Part shown: piece after piece, positions 36,477 to 46,304 of the stretch
How the letters are laid out: the number at the start of each line of letters is the position of its first letter
Numbering within the stretch: the first letter of the stretch is position 1
Assembly: GCA_046347845.1 (NCBI GenBank)
Contig: JAXMFH010000006.1
Span: 48,482 to 112,481 of the forward strand
Reading direction: 5' to 3'
DNA: 64,000 nt
DNA from: Burkholderiales bacterium
Lineage (GTDB): Bacteria > Pseudomonadota > Gammaproteobacteria > Burkholderiales > Casimicrobiaceae
Notes under the pieces: generated by a model
Told to the model about the DNA's origin: nothing
The model's database searches: none
Seen by the model: only the letters and a program-made list of their open reading frames with translations
Made by a program: the position numbers and the translations under genes

Positions 36477-37106
36477 ATGGCGGAGTTCGACGCGATCCTG
36501 TTCGACCTGGGCGGCGTGATGATCGAGCTGGCCGGCGTCGAGCGGATGCTCGAGTGGAGCCCCGGGCTCGGCACGACCGGGGAGCTTTGGCGCCACTGGC
36601 TCGGCTCTCCCGCGGTGCGCGACTACGAGAGCGGACGCACGAGCCGCGAGACCTTCGCCGACGCCATCGTCGCCGAGTTCGGGCTGCCGGTCGACGCCGA
36701 GACCTTCCTCGGCGAGTTCGCGTGGTGGCCGCGCACGCTGCACCCGGGGGCCGGCGCGCTGCTCGCCTCGCTCGCGCCCCGCTACACGCTCGCCTCGCTC
36801 TCGAACACGAACGAGCTGCACTGGCACCGGTTCGCGCGCGACTGGGACCTGCCCGCGATGTTCCACCGCAACTTCCCGTCGTTCATGGTGGGCAGGCTCA
36901 AGCCCGACGCCGACTACTTCGAGCACGTGCTGGACGCGCTCGGCGTCGCCGCGGAACGCGCTCTCTTCGTCGACGACAACCGGATCAACGTCGAGGCCGC
37001 GCGCGCCGTGGGGCTGCACGCGCGGCTCGTCCCGCATTTCGATGCGCTCGCGCCGGCGCTCGTCGAGGCGGGCGTCGACGTGCGCCCCCGGGAGAACGAA
37101 CGATGA
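36477..37106 (+). CDS. HAD-superfamily hydrolase (subfamily IA)
   Basis: ILFDLGGVMI motif I variant, SNTN motif II, FVDDN motif IV. Confidence 0.8.
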   Translation: MAEFDAILFDLGGVMIELAGVERMLEWSPGLGTTGELWRHWLGSPAVRDYESGRTSRETFADAIVAEFGLPVDAETFLGEFAWWPRTLHPGAGALLASLAPRYTLASLSNTNELHWHRFARDWDLPAMFHRNFPSFMVGRLKPDADYFEHVLDALGVAAERALFVDDNRINVEAARAVGLHARLVPHFDALAPALVEAGVDVRPRENER

Positions 37107-38455
37107 ACCTTCACCGGATGCTCGAGGAACGCGCCGCCGCCGGCCGCCCGCTCCGCGTCGCGCTGATCGGCGCCGGCAAGTTCGGCTCGATGTACCTCGC
37201 GCAGGCGAAGCACACGCCGGGCATCCACGTCGTCGCGATCGCCGACCTCGCGCCCGACCGCGCGAAGGCGTCGCTCGCGCGCGTCGGCTGGCCGGCCGAC
37301 CGGTACGCGGCGCGCTCGATCGCCGAGGCCGGGCGCGCCGGCAGGACCTGCGTCACCGACGACACGCCGTCGGCGATCGCCGCGCCCGAGGTCGAGATCG
37401 TGATCGACGCGACCGGCAGCCCGTCGGCCGGCATCCGGCACGCGCTCGCGTGCTGCAGGCACGGCAAGCACGTCGTGATGGTCAACGTCGAGGCCGACGC
37501 GCTGGCGGGCCCGCTGCTCGCGCGGCGTGCGCGAGAGGCCGGCATCGTCTACTCGCTCGCGTACGGCGACCAGCCGGCACTCGTCTGCGAGCTCGTCGAC
37601 TGGTGCCGCGCGGCGGGGTTCGAGGTCGTCGCGGCCGGCAAGGGCACCAAGTACCTGCCCGCCTACCACGAGTCGACGCCCGCGACCGTGTGGCCGCACT
37701 ACGGCTTCACGCCGGAACAGGTGGCCGCCGGCGACTTCAACGCGCAGATGTTCAACTCGTTCCTCGACGGCACGAAGAGCGCGATCGAGATGGCGGCGGT
37801 CGCGAACGCGACGGGGCTGGCACCCGCGCGAGGCGGCCTCGCGTTCCCGCCCTGCGGCGTCGACGATCTTCCCCGCGTGCTCAGGCCGCGCGACGAAGGC
37901 GGTCACCTCGAGCACGTCGGGCAGGTCGAGGTGATCAGCTCGCTGGAGCGCGACGGGCGTCCCGTGTTCCGCGACCTGCGCTGGGGCGTCTACGTCACGT
38001 TCCGAGCGGGCGCGCGCCAGGGCGAGGACTACGTGCGCCGCTGCTTCGGCGAGTACGGCTTCCCGACCGACCCGTCGGGGCGCTACAGCGCGATGTACAA
38101 GCCGACGCACGCGATCGGACTCGAGCTCGGCGTCTCGGTGGCGTCAGCCGGACTGCGCGGCGAGCCGACCGGGTCGGCGACCGGCTGGCGCGGCGACGTC
38201 GTCGCGACCGCGAAGCGCGGCCTGCGCGCGGGCGAGTCGCTCGACGGCGAGGGCGGCTACACGGTCTACGGCAGGCTCGCGCCCGCGGCGGATTCGCTGA
38301 AGCTGGGCGCGCTGCCGCTGGGCCTCGCGCACGGCGTGAAGCTCAGGCGCGCGGTCGCGGCGCACGCCGCGGTGCGCTGGGACGACGTCGAGTTCGATCC
38401 GAACGACGAGACGGTGCGGTTCCGCCGCGAGATGGAGGCGGCGTTCGCGGGGTAG
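37103..38455 (+). CDS. NAD(P)-binding oxidoreductase with C-terminal SAF domain (COG4091-like)
   Basis: VALIGAGKFGSMYL Rossmann motif and a homoserine-dehydrogenase-like core. The ATG overlaps the upstream stop (ATGA). Confidence 0.8.
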   Translation: MNLHRMLEERAAAGRPLRVALIGAGKFGSMYLAQAKHTPGIHVVAIADLAPDRAKASLARVGWPADRYAARSIAEAGRAGRTCVTDDTPSAIAAPEVEIVIDATGSPSAGIRHALACCRHGKHVVMVNVEADALAGPLLARRAREAGIVYSLAYGDQPALVCELVDWCRAAGFEVVAAGKGTKYLPAYHESTPATVWPHYGFTPEQVAAGDFNAQMFNSFLDGTKSAIEMAAVANATGLAPARGGLAFPPCGVDDLPRVLRPRDEGGHLEHVGQVEVISSLERDGRPVFRDLRWGVYVTFRAGARQGEDYVRRCFGEYGFPTDPSGRYSAMYKPTHAIGLELGVSVASAGLRGEPTGSATGWRGDVVATAKRGLRAGESLDGEGGYTVYGRLAPAADSLKLGALPLGLAHGVKLRRAVAAHAAVRWDDVEFDPNDETVRFRREMEAAFAG

Positions 38456-38463
38456 CCGGAGCA

Positions 38464-38491
38464 CCGGGGTCGGATTCGAATCTGACCCCGG
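38464..38491. terminator. near-perfect 28-nt palindrome between convergent genes (family C)
   Basis: CCGGGGTCGGATTCGAATCTGACCCCGG lies 9 nt after one stop codon and 19 nt before the other. Confidence 0.45.
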
Positions 38492-38509
38492 TTCGACACG
38501 GCGCCCGCG

Positions 38510-39370
38510 TCACAGGCCGAGCCGCTGCGCGCCGCGCGAGAGCGTCCGGTCGGTGACGTCGCGCACGTCCCGGAACTCCTCGACGATGCGCTGGCCTTCG
38601 CGCACGGCCACGCACGAGATGATCTCGAGCGGGATCGCGCCGCTCAGCGTGTAGAGGTGCGCTCCCGCCGCGGCGGCGAGGTGCCGGATGCCGTTGTCCA
38701 CCGTGAGCACGCCCGCGCTCGCCGCGCAGGCCGCCGCGACGAGCCGCAGCGGCTGCCCGTAGAGCACGCGCCCGGGCCATCGCGCGTAGCGCGGATCTTC
38801 GGCCTCGTCGCGGCTTCCGATCGCGACGGCGACGTAACCGCGCCGGCCCAGCCAGTCCGCGCAGCGGATCCAGCCGGCGTTGTCGACGCACTTGTTCGCG
38901 CGGCGGATGGCAGGATCGTTCGACGTGCAGCTGACCGAGTGCCGTGCGACGAGGACGACCGGACGGTGCTCGCCGAGCGCGCGGCAGGTCTCCCTGCCCG
39001 CCTCGCGCTCGTCCGGCGTGATCGTGTAGTCGTACCGGAGGCTGTCGATCTCGACGCCTAGCATCCGCGCGTAGCACCGTGCGAACGGCTTGCCGGTCGC
39101 CCAAGCCTCCGCGAGGGCGGCGACGGGATCCAGCGCGACGTGCGCCCCGGGCAGCCGGGAAGCCTCCTCGCCGGCGGCGACGACGAGGGCGTCGACGTAC
39201 GGATTGTGCAGCAGCACCTGGTAGGCGCTGCCGCAGTCAGGACAGCAGACGGTCAGCCGGCCGCCCGGGTGCGCGCGCTTCCACGCGCGGATGGCGGGCG
39301 TGGCGAGCAGCGTGTCGCCGATCTGATGCGGGCTGGTGACGACCAGTTCGTCGCCCGGAACCAACGGCAT
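38510..39370 (-). CDS. glycosyltransferase family 9 (heptosyltransferase-like)
   Basis: N-terminal HQIGDTLLATPAIRAWKRAHP resembles the GT9 signature. 286 aa, short for the family. Confidence 0.7.
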   Translation of the reverse strand: MPLVPGDELVVTSPHQIGDTLLATPAIRAWKRAHPGGRLTVCCPDCGSAYQVLLHNPYVDALVVAAGEEASRLPGAHVALDPVAALAEAWATGKPFARCYARMLGVEIDSLRYDYTITPDEREAGRETCRALGEHRPVVLVARHSVSCTSNDPAIRRANKCVDNAGWIRCADWLGRRGYVAVAIGSRDEAEDPRYARWPGRVLYGQPLRLVAAACAASAGVLTVDNGIRHLAAAAGAHLYTLSGAIPLEIISCVAVREGQRIVEEFRDVRDVTDRTLSRGAQRLGL

Positions 39371-39392
39371 GGCGCAAGTGCGCGCAGGCGGG

Positions 39393-40025
39393 TCAGGCGG
39401 CGCGCCGGAACGTCGCGAGCACCGCCCCCGCGGCGACGAACATCCCGCCGAACGACCGGTTGACCCAGCGCACGTGGTGAGGCTCGCGCAGGAGCTTCAG
39501 CACCTTCGCCGCGAGACCCGTGTAGCCGCTCATCACGACGAGGTCGGTGAAGAACAGCGTGCCGGCGCAGATCAGGTACTGCGGAAGCTGCGGCGCGTGC
39601 GGATCGATGAACTGCGGCAGCACCGCGAGCATGAACACGATGCTCTTCGGGTTCGTCGCGTTGACGAGGAAGCCGCGCAGCGCGAGCCGCTTCGGCGACC
39701 CGTGCGAGTCGTCGCCGGGATCGTCCGACGACACCGGCGAGGCGGGCGCGCGCCACTGCTGGACGCCCAGGTAGACGAGGTACGCCGCCCCCAGCCACTT
39801 GATGGCCGTGAACAGCGTCGTCGACGCCGCGATGATCGCGCCCAGCCCCAGCGCGACGATCGCGAGGACGAAGAGCAGGCCGAGCTGCAGGCCGAGGATG
39901 TTCCAGTACGCGCGCGCGTAGCCGTAGCGCATGCCGGCGGCCATGCACGAGATCGCGCCCGCGCCCGGCGACAGGCTGATGAGCCAGGACGCGGCGAAGA
40001 AGGCGAGCCAGGTTTGGAGCGACAT
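39393..40025 (-). CDS. LysE/RhtB family amino-acid exporter
   Basis: WLAFFAASWLISLSPGAGAI...NPKSIVFMLAVLPQFI. Confidence 0.9.
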   Translation of the reverse strand: MSLQTWLAFFAASWLISLSPGAGAISCMAAGMRYGYARAYWNILGLQLGLLFVLAIVALGLGAIIAASTTLFTAIKWLGAAYLVYLGVQQWRAPASPVSSDDPGDDSHGSPKRLALRGFLVNATNPKSIVFMLAVLPQFIDPHAPQLPQYLICAGTLFFTDLVVMSGYTGLAAKVLKLLREPHHVRWVNRSFGGMFVAAGAVLATFRRAA

Positions 40026-40105
40026 GCCGCCATTCTACCGGGCCGGCGGCACGCCCCCCGGCCGGTTCGTCGCCGCGCACGCCGCGCCGGCGGGGCCTTG
40101 TATTT

Positions 40106-40121
40106 AATTAATCGATGAATT
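40106..40121. promoter_or_regulatory. AT-rich imperfect palindrome AATTAATCGATGAATT (candidate TetR operator / divergent promoter)
   Basis: A 28-nt AT island (40099-40126) abuts the TetR ATG. It is palindromic around ATCGAT with 1 mismatch. Confidence 0.45.
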
Positions 40122-40124
40122 AAT

Positions 40125-40853
40125 ATGCGCGCCGTGAAGCCGACGCCCGCCGCGCGCCCCCCGAAGCCCGATCCGCGCCGTCCGCGTGGCCGTCCCGTGC
40201 AGCGCGACGACCGCGACGCGCGCGAGGCGCTGCTCGACGCCGCGGTCGCGCTGTTCGCCGAACGCGGCGTCGCCGCGACGACCGCCGGCGACATTGCGAC
40301 GCGCGCGGGCGTGACGCCGGCGATGATCCACTACTACTTCCGAGGGCGCGCGAAGCTCATCGACGCCGTCGTCGACGAGCGCATGTCGCGCTTCGTCGAC
40401 CACGTGTTCGCGGCGCCGCCCGCGACGGCCGCCCCGCGGCCGGGGCAGGCGCTGGCGATGCTGCCCGCGCTCGTCGCGCGCATCTTCGAGGCCGCGCGGC
40501 TGATGCCCTGGATGCCGCCGATCTGGATCCGCGAGATCGCGTCCGAGGGCGGGCTGCTCCGCGAGCGCGCGCTGCGCCGGCTTCCCGCCGCGTCGATCGG
40601 GGGCGTCGGCGACCTCCTGGCCGCCGCGCAGCGGCGCGGCGAGATCGCGCCGGGCATCGAGCCGCGCGTCGTCTTCGTCTCGATCATGGGACTCACGTTG
40701 TTCCCGCTCGCGACGCAGGCGGTCTGGCGCAGGATGCCCGGCGCCGACCGCATCACGCTCGACGACCTGCAACGACACGCCACGACCCTGCTCGCGTCCG
40801 GCCTCGCCGCACACGTGCGTCCCGCCGGGTCGGGGCCGAGGAGACCGCGATGA
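40125..40853 (+). CDS. TetR/AcrR family transcriptional regulator
   Basis: LLDAAVALFAERGVAATTAGDIATRAGVTPAMIHYYF HTH. Confidence 0.9.
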   Translation: MRAVKPTPAARPPKPDPRRPRGRPVQRDDRDAREALLDAAVALFAERGVAATTAGDIATRAGVTPAMIHYYFRGRAKLIDAVVDERMSRFVDHVFAAPPATAAPRPGQALAMLPALVARIFEAARLMPWMPPIWIREIASEGGLLRERALRRLPAASIGGVGDLLAAAQRRGEIAPGIEPRVVFVSIMGLTLFPLATQAVWRRMPGADRITLDDLQRHATTLLASGLAAHVRPAGSGPRRPR

Positions 40854-41830
40854 TCCGCTTTCCCCCCGCCCGCGCGTCGCGTGCGCGCGCGGCGCATGCG
40901 GCGGCGCTCGCCGCTCTCGCGCTCGCCGCCTGCGGCGAGGGCGCGCCGCCCGGCCACCAGGGCTACGTCGAGGGCGAGTTCGTGAACGTCGCCTCGCCGA
41001 TCGCGGGCCGCCTCGACCGGCTGTCGGTGCGGCGCGGCGACACGATCGCCGCGGGCGTGCCGCTCTTCGCGCTGGAGGCCGAGAGCGAGGCGGCCGCGCA
41101 GCGCCAGGCCGCCGAGCAGCTGCGCGCGGCGGAGGCGCAGCTCGCCGACCTCAACGTCGGCAAGCGGCCCCAGGAACTCGACGTCACGCGCGCGCAGCTC
41201 GCGCAGGCGCGAGCGGACGAGGGGAAGTCGGCCACGCGCCTCGCGCGCGACGAGGCGCAGTTCGCGATCGGCGGCATCGCGAAGCAGCAGCTCGACGACA
41301 GCCGCGCGGCGCACGACGCCGACCTCGCGCGCGTGAAGCAGCTCGAGAGCGAGGTCGCCGTGGGCGAGCTGCCGGGGCGCGCGGCGCAGGTCCGGGCCCA
41401 GGCGGCGCAGGTCGCCGCGGCCCGCGCGGCGCTCGAGCAGGCGCAGTGGCGCCTCGACCAGAAGTCGATCGCGTCGACGCTCGGCGGGCTCGTGCAGGAC
41501 ACGCTGTACCGCGAAGGCGAATGGGTCGCCGCCGGCAACCCGATCGTGCGGATGCTGCCTCCCGCCAACGTCAAGGTGCGCTTCTTCGTGCCGCAGGCGG
41601 CGGTCGGCGGCATCGCGCCGGGCCGCCGGGCGTCCGTGCGCTGCGACGGCTGCAGCGCGGACATCCCGGTCACGGTGTCCTTCGTGTCGACCGAGGCCGA
41701 GTACACGCCGCCGGTCATCTTCAGCAACGAGACGCGCGCGAAGCTCGTGTTCATGGTCGAGGCGCGCCCGTCCGCCGACGACGCCGCGAAGCTGCGGCCC
41801 GGCCAGCCGGTGAGCGTGAGGCTCGAGTGA
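40850..41830 (+). CDS. HlyD-family membrane fusion (periplasmic adaptor) protein
   Basis: Lipobox LAAC, a biotinyl-lipoyl-like hairpin (VASPIAGRLDRLSVRRGDTI), and coiled coil. Confidence 0.9.
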   Translation: MIRFPPARASRARAAHAAALAALALAACGEGAPPGHQGYVEGEFVNVASPIAGRLDRLSVRRGDTIAAGVPLFALEAESEAAAQRQAAEQLRAAEAQLADLNVGKRPQELDVTRAQLAQARADEGKSATRLARDEAQFAIGGIAKQQLDDSRAAHDADLARVKQLESEVAVGELPGRAAQVRAQAAQVAAARAALEQAQWRLDQKSIASTLGGLVQDTLYREGEWVAAGNPIVRMLPPANVKVRFFVPQAAVGGIAPGRRASVRCDGCSADIPVTVSFVSTEAEYTPPVIFSNETRAKLVFMVEARPSADDAAKLRPGQPVSVRLE

Positions 41831-42780
41831 ACGCCGTCGTGGCCGCCGATCCGGTGATCGACGTGCGGGGGCTCGACAAGAGCTTCGGCGACAAGCGTGT
41901 CGTGGTCGACCTCGCGCTCAAGGTGGGGCGCGGCGAGATCTTCGGCTTCCTCGGACCCAACGGCAGCGGCAAGACGACGTCGATCCGGATGATGTGCGGG
42001 CTGCTCACTCCCGATGCCGGGAGCGGCACCTGCCTCGGCTACGACATCGTGACCGAGAGCGCCGCGATCAAGCGCAACGTCGGCTACATGACGCAGCGCT
42101 TCTCGTTCTGGGACGACCTCACGATCCGCGAGAACCTGGACTTCGTCGCGCGCGTCTACGACATGCCCGGCCGCAGGGCGGCGGTCGACCGCGCGCTCGA
42201 CGACCTCGGCCTCGCGACGCGCCAGCGCCAGCTCACCGGCGCGCTCTCGGGCGGATGGAAGCAGCGCCTCGCGCTCGCCGCCTGCATGCTGCACCGCCCG
42301 CGCCTGCTGCTCCTCGACGAGCCGACCGCGGGCGTCGACCCGAACGCGCGCCGCGAATTCTGGGAAGAGCTGCACCGGCTCGCCGCCGAGGGCGTCTCGG
42401 TGCTCGTCTCGACGCACTACATGGACGAGGCCGAACGCTGCCACAAGCTCGCCTACATCGCGTACGGACGCCTGCTCGCGAAAGGCACGGCCGCCGAGAT
42501 CGTCGCGAGCCGGCGACTCGTCACCTACGCCGTCGAGGGGGCGGGCGTCGGCGCGCTCGTCGACCGGCTGCGGGGCGCGCCCGGCGTCGAGCAGGCGACC
42601 TCGTTCGGCGCCTCGTTGCACGTCACCGGCCGCGACGCGCAGGCGATCGAGGCGACGCTGAAGGCGGCGACCGCGGGGACGTCGTGGCGCTGGATGCACG
42701 GCGAGACCGGGCTCGAGGACGTCTTCATCCACATGATGCGCGAGGCGAACGACAACTACGGCAACGGAGGCGGGGCGTGA
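41827..42780 (+). CDS. ABC transporter ATP-binding protein
   Basis: GPNGSGKTT Walker A, LSGGWKQRL signature, LLLLDEPT Walker B. The GTG start overlaps the upstream stop. Confidence 0.9.
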   Translation: MNAVVAADPVIDVRGLDKSFGDKRVVVDLALKVGRGEIFGFLGPNGSGKTTSIRMMCGLLTPDAGSGTCLGYDIVTESAAIKRNVGYMTQRFSFWDDLTIRENLDFVARVYDMPGRRAAVDRALDDLGLATRQRQLTGALSGGWKQRLALAACMLHRPRLLLLDEPTAGVDPNARREFWEELHRLAAEGVSVLVSTHYMDEAERCHKLAYIAYGRLLAKGTAAEIVASRRLVTYAVEGAGVGALVDRLRGAPGVEQATSFGASLHVTGRDAQAIEATLKAATAGTSWRWMHGETGLEDVFIHMMREANDNYGNGGGA

Positions 42781-43943
42781 GCGCCGCGCCGGCGACCCCG
42801 CCCGCCAGGGCGCGCGCGTTCTCCGTGGCGCGCTGGTGGAGCATGGTCACGAAGGAGTTCCTGCAGCTGCGGCGCGACCGCATCACGTTCGGCATGATCG
42901 TCGGCATCCCGATCATCCAGCTCACGCTGTTCGGCTACGCGATCAACTCCGACCCGAGGCACATGCCGACCGCGGTGATCGCCGGCGAGACCTCGGAGTT
43001 CACGCGCTCGGTGATCGCGGGCATGCGCAACTCCGAGTACTTCGACGTCGTCGCCGAGCTCCCGGACGAAGAGGCCGGCCGCGACGCGCTCGCGCGCGGC
43101 CGCGCGCAGTTCGTGCTCTCGATCCCCGCCGGCTTCACGCGCGAGCTGCTCCGCGGCGAGCGCCCGTCGCTGCTGCTGCAGGCGGACGCGTCGGACCCGA
43201 CCGCGACCGGCCCGGCGCTCGCGGCGCTGACGCCCATCGTCCAGCAGGTCGCCCGTCGCGACCTCGTCGGATCGTTCGCGCGCCTCGACAGCGGCCCGCC
43301 GCCGTTCGACGTGCGCGTGCACCGGATGTACAACCCCGAGGCGATCACGCAGTACAACATCGTGCCCGGGCTGATGGGCGTGATCCTCACGATGACGATG
43401 GTGATGATGACCGGCCTCGCGATCACGCGCGAGCGCGAGCGCGGCACGATGGAGAACATGCTCGCGATGCCGCTGACGCCGCTCGAGGTGATGACCGGCA
43501 AGATCGTGCCCTACGTGGCGATCGGGCTCGTGCAGGCGTCGATCATCCTGCTCGCGGCGCGCGTCGTGTTCGGCGTCCCGTTCCTCGGCAGCCTGACCGC
43601 GCTCTACCTGTCGGCGCTGCTGTTCATCGCCGCGAACCTGACCGTCGGCATCACGGTGTCGTCGCTCGCCGCGAACCAGCTGCAGGCGATGCAGCTCACG
43701 TTCTTCTACTTCCTGCCGAACATGCTCCTGTCCGGCTTCATGTTCCCGTTCCGCGGGATGCCCGGATGGGCGCAGTGGCTGGGATCGATCCTGCCGCTCA
43801 CGCACTTCAACCGCGTCGTGCGCGGCATCCTGCTCAAGGGCAACGACTGGCCCGACCTGTGGCCGTCGCTGTGGCCGATGCTGCTGTTCACGCTGATCGT
43901 GATGGGCATCGCGCTCAGGTTCTATCGCCGCACGCTCGACTGA
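42777..43943 (+). CDS. ABC-2 type transporter permease
   Basis: KEFLQLRRDRITFGMIVGIPIIQL, then six TM segments (YbhS/YbhR-like). Confidence 0.85.
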   Translation: MSAAPATPPARARAFSVARWWSMVTKEFLQLRRDRITFGMIVGIPIIQLTLFGYAINSDPRHMPTAVIAGETSEFTRSVIAGMRNSEYFDVVAELPDEEAGRDALARGRAQFVLSIPAGFTRELLRGERPSLLLQADASDPTATGPALAALTPIVQQVARRDLVGSFARLDSGPPPFDVRVHRMYNPEAITQYNIVPGLMGVILTMTMVMMTGLAITRERERGTMENMLAMPLTPLEVMTGKIVPYVAIGLVQASIILLAARVVFGVPFLGSLTALYLSALLFIAANLTVGITVSSLAANQLQAMQLTFFYFLPNMLLSGFMFPFRGMPGWAQWLGSILPLTHFNRVVRGILLKGNDWPDLWPSLWPMLLFTLIVMGIALRFYRRTLD

Positions 43944-43954
43944 CGGAGGCCGCC

Positions 43955-45451
43955 GTGACCCGCCTCGCCCCGATGATCCTCAAGCGCGCCGCGCCGCTCG
44001 CGGGCGCGTGCCTCGCCGCCGCCTGCACGATGGGACCGGACTTCCGCGCGCCGGATCCGCCGGATGCCGGCCGCTACACGGCCGGCGCGCAGCCGGCGTC
44101 GACGGTCGCCGCCGACGGCGTCGCGCAGCGGTTCACCGATAGGCGCGACCTCCCGGCCGACTGGTGGATGCTCTACGCGTCGCCGAAGCTCGACGCGCTG
44201 GTGCGCGCCGCGCTCGACGCGAGCCCGACGCTGCCGCAGGCGCGCGCGCGCCTCGCGCAGGCGCAGGAGGACCTGGGCGCGCGGACGTCGTCGGTCCAGC
44301 TTCCGGCCATCGACGGCACGCTCGGGCTGTCGCGCAACCAGATCGACCCGGCCACGATGGGATTCCCGGAGGCGCCGAAGACCGGGCCGTTCACGCTCTA
44401 CGGCATCGGGCTGTCCGTCTCCTACACGATCGACGCGTTCGGCGGCGCGCGCCGCGAGCTCGAGTCGCTCGACGCCGTCGTCGAGGCCCGGCGCCACGAG
44501 CTCGACGCGGCGCGGCTCGCACTCACCGCGAACGTGGTCACCGCGGCGATCCGCTCGGCGCAGCTCCGCGACCAGGTCGCCTCGGCGCGCGCGATCCTCG
44601 CGACGCAGTCGGCGCTGCTCGCGATCGCGGAGCGCCGCTACGCGGCGGGCGCGGTGCCCGCGGTCGAGGTCGCCAACCAGCGCGCGCTCGTCGCGCAGAC
44701 GGGCGCGACGATCCCGCCGCTCGAGCGCGACCTCGCGCGGACGATGCACGCGCTCGCCGTCTACACCGGCGCGACGCCGGGCGACGCGTCGCTGCCCGAG
44801 ATCACGCTCGCCGACCTCTCGCTGCCGCGCGACGTCCCGCTCGCGGTGCCGGCCGAGCTCGTGCGCCGCCGCCCCGACATCCGCGCGAGCGAGGCGATGC
44901 TTCGACGCGCGAGCGCGGGCATCGGCGTCGCCGAGGCGAACCTCTACCCGCGCCTCACGCTCTCCGGCGGCCTCTCGTCGGACCGCACGCGCATCGAGGA
45001 CGTGTTCGGCAACGGACTCAACGTGTGGAACATCGGCGTCGCGCTCGTCCAGCCGCTTCTCCGCCAGCCCGAGCTCAAGGCGCGGCAGCGCGAGGCGGTC
45101 GCCGTGTTCGACGAGGCCCTCGCCGCCTACCGCGAATCGGTGCTGACCGGCGTCGCCAACGTCGCCGACGCGCTGCGCGCGCTCGAGCAGGACGCGCACG
45201 CGCTCGCCGCGCGCTCGGAGCAGGCGAGGGAGACGGAGCGCGCGTACGCGATCACGCGCGAGCGCTACCGGCTGGGCGGCGTGAGCCAGGCCGACCTGCT
45301 CGAGGCCGAGCGGCAGAGGCTGCAGGCGTCGCTCGAGCGCTCGCAGGCGGCTGCGGCGCGACTCGCCGACACGGCGGCGCTGTTCCAGGCGATGGGCGGG
45401 GGGTGGTGGGCGCCGGGGGTCGACGCGAAGCCGGTGGCCGGCGCGCGTTGA
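43955..45451 (+). CDS. outer-membrane efflux lipoprotein, NodT/OprM family
   Basis: Lipobox AAAC, GPDF motif, two OEP repeats. GGAGG lies 5 nt before GTG 43955 (alternative ATG 43973). Confidence 0.85.
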   Translation: MTRLAPMILKRAAPLAGACLAAACTMGPDFRAPDPPDAGRYTAGAQPASTVAADGVAQRFTDRRDLPADWWMLYASPKLDALVRAALDASPTLPQARARLAQAQEDLGARTSSVQLPAIDGTLGLSRNQIDPATMGFPEAPKTGPFTLYGIGLSVSYTIDAFGGARRELESLDAVVEARRHELDAARLALTANVVTAAIRSAQLRDQVASARAILATQSALLAIAERRYAAGAVPAVEVANQRALVAQTGATIPPLERDLARTMHALAVYTGATPGDASLPEITLADLSLPRDVPLAVPAELVRRRPDIRASEAMLRRASAGIGVAEANLYPRLTLSGGLSSDRTRIEDVFGNGLNVWNIGVALVQPLLRQPELKARQREAVAVFDEALAAYRESVLTGVANVADALRALEQDAHALAARSEQARETERAYAITRERYRLGGVSQADLLEAERQRLQASLERSQAAAARLADTAALFQAMGGGWWAPGVDAKPVAGAR

Positions 45452-45512
45452 TGCGCCCGGCGGAGCGTCGCGCGCGGACGCGCCTCGGCGATGCGTTCCC
45501 CCCCAAAGCAAA

Positions 45513-45535
45513 GGGCCGGTCTCCCGGCCCTGTTG
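45513..45535 (+). terminator. hairpin GGGCCGG-TCTC-CCGGCCC plus TGTTG after the OMF gene
   Basis: 7-bp GC stem 62 nt downstream of the stop, with a weak T-rich tail. Confidence 0.4.
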
Positions 45536-45652
45536 CCTCACCCACGCGGCGGTGATCGCGCCGCGCCCTTCAAGGTTCACTGTCTGTGACTTCGGCCGTC
45601 AGCCGAAGTTCAACGCGGCCCGTCCCGGTGTCCCGAAATCGGGGCCTGACCC

Positions 45653-46270
45653 TCAATACTTGACGCTGCAGCCGTAGGGCGTGGTGCTCGCGACGGTCAC
45701 GGGCTTCCCGGCCTTCGCCTCGGTCAGAGCGGCGGTCACGAAGTTCTTCGCGGCCTTCGCGTCGGCCGGGTTGGCGCTGCGCCGGTCGTCGATCGCGCCG
45801 GCGTAGACGACCTTGCCGGCGGGGTCGATCACGAACATGTGCGGCGTCGTCTTCGCCGCGTACGCGCGCCCGACCTCGCTCCTGCCGTCGATCAGCACGG
45901 CCTTGGGCGAGCCGCCCTGCGCCTCCATCCACGCCCGCATCTCGGCGCCGGACTTGTGCTCGTAGTGGCCCTCGCGCGTCGAGTTGATCGACAGCCACAC
46001 GACGTCCTGCGCGCCCCACAGGGCCTGCAGTCCCTGCATGTTCTTCGAATCGTAGTGCTTGCGCACGAACGGGCACTCGGGGTTCGTCCACTCGAGGACG
46101 ACGAACTTGCCGCGGTAGTCGGCGAGCTTCACCGGCTTCCCGGCCGCGTCGGCGACCGCGAAGTCCGGGGCCTGGGCACCGGGCGCCGACGCGCTCGCGA
46201 TCGAGGCCACCGTCGCGCCCAGCGCGGCGGCGAAGGGAAGGAGAGCCCGAAAAGCCAGCGTCCTCAACAT
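45653..46270 (-). CDS. secreted thioredoxin-fold (redoxin/TlpA-like) protein
   Basis: Signal peptide. FVVLEWTNPECPFVRKHY motif. Confidence 0.85.
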   Translation of the reverse strand: MLRTLAFRALLPFAAALGATVASIASASAPGAQAPDFAVADAAGKPVKLADYRGKFVVLEWTNPECPFVRKHYDSKNMQGLQALWGAQDVVWLSINSTREGHYEHKSGAEMRAWMEAQGGSPKAVLIDGRSEVGRAYAAKTTPHMFVIDPAGKVVYAGAIDDRRSANPADAKAAKNFVTAALTEAKAGKPVTVASTTPYGCSVKY

Positions 46271-46304
46271 GGTCGTCTCCAGGGCACGGGGGGCGACGCG
46301 CCGG

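Noticed and set aside
38461-38495. GGTTCGA / GATTCGAATC strings reminiscent of a tRNA T-arm
   Set aside because: No acceptor stem, D-arm or anticodon arm can be drawn. The sequence is a simple 28-nt palindrome between convergent genes. I found no tRNA or rRNA genes in the window.
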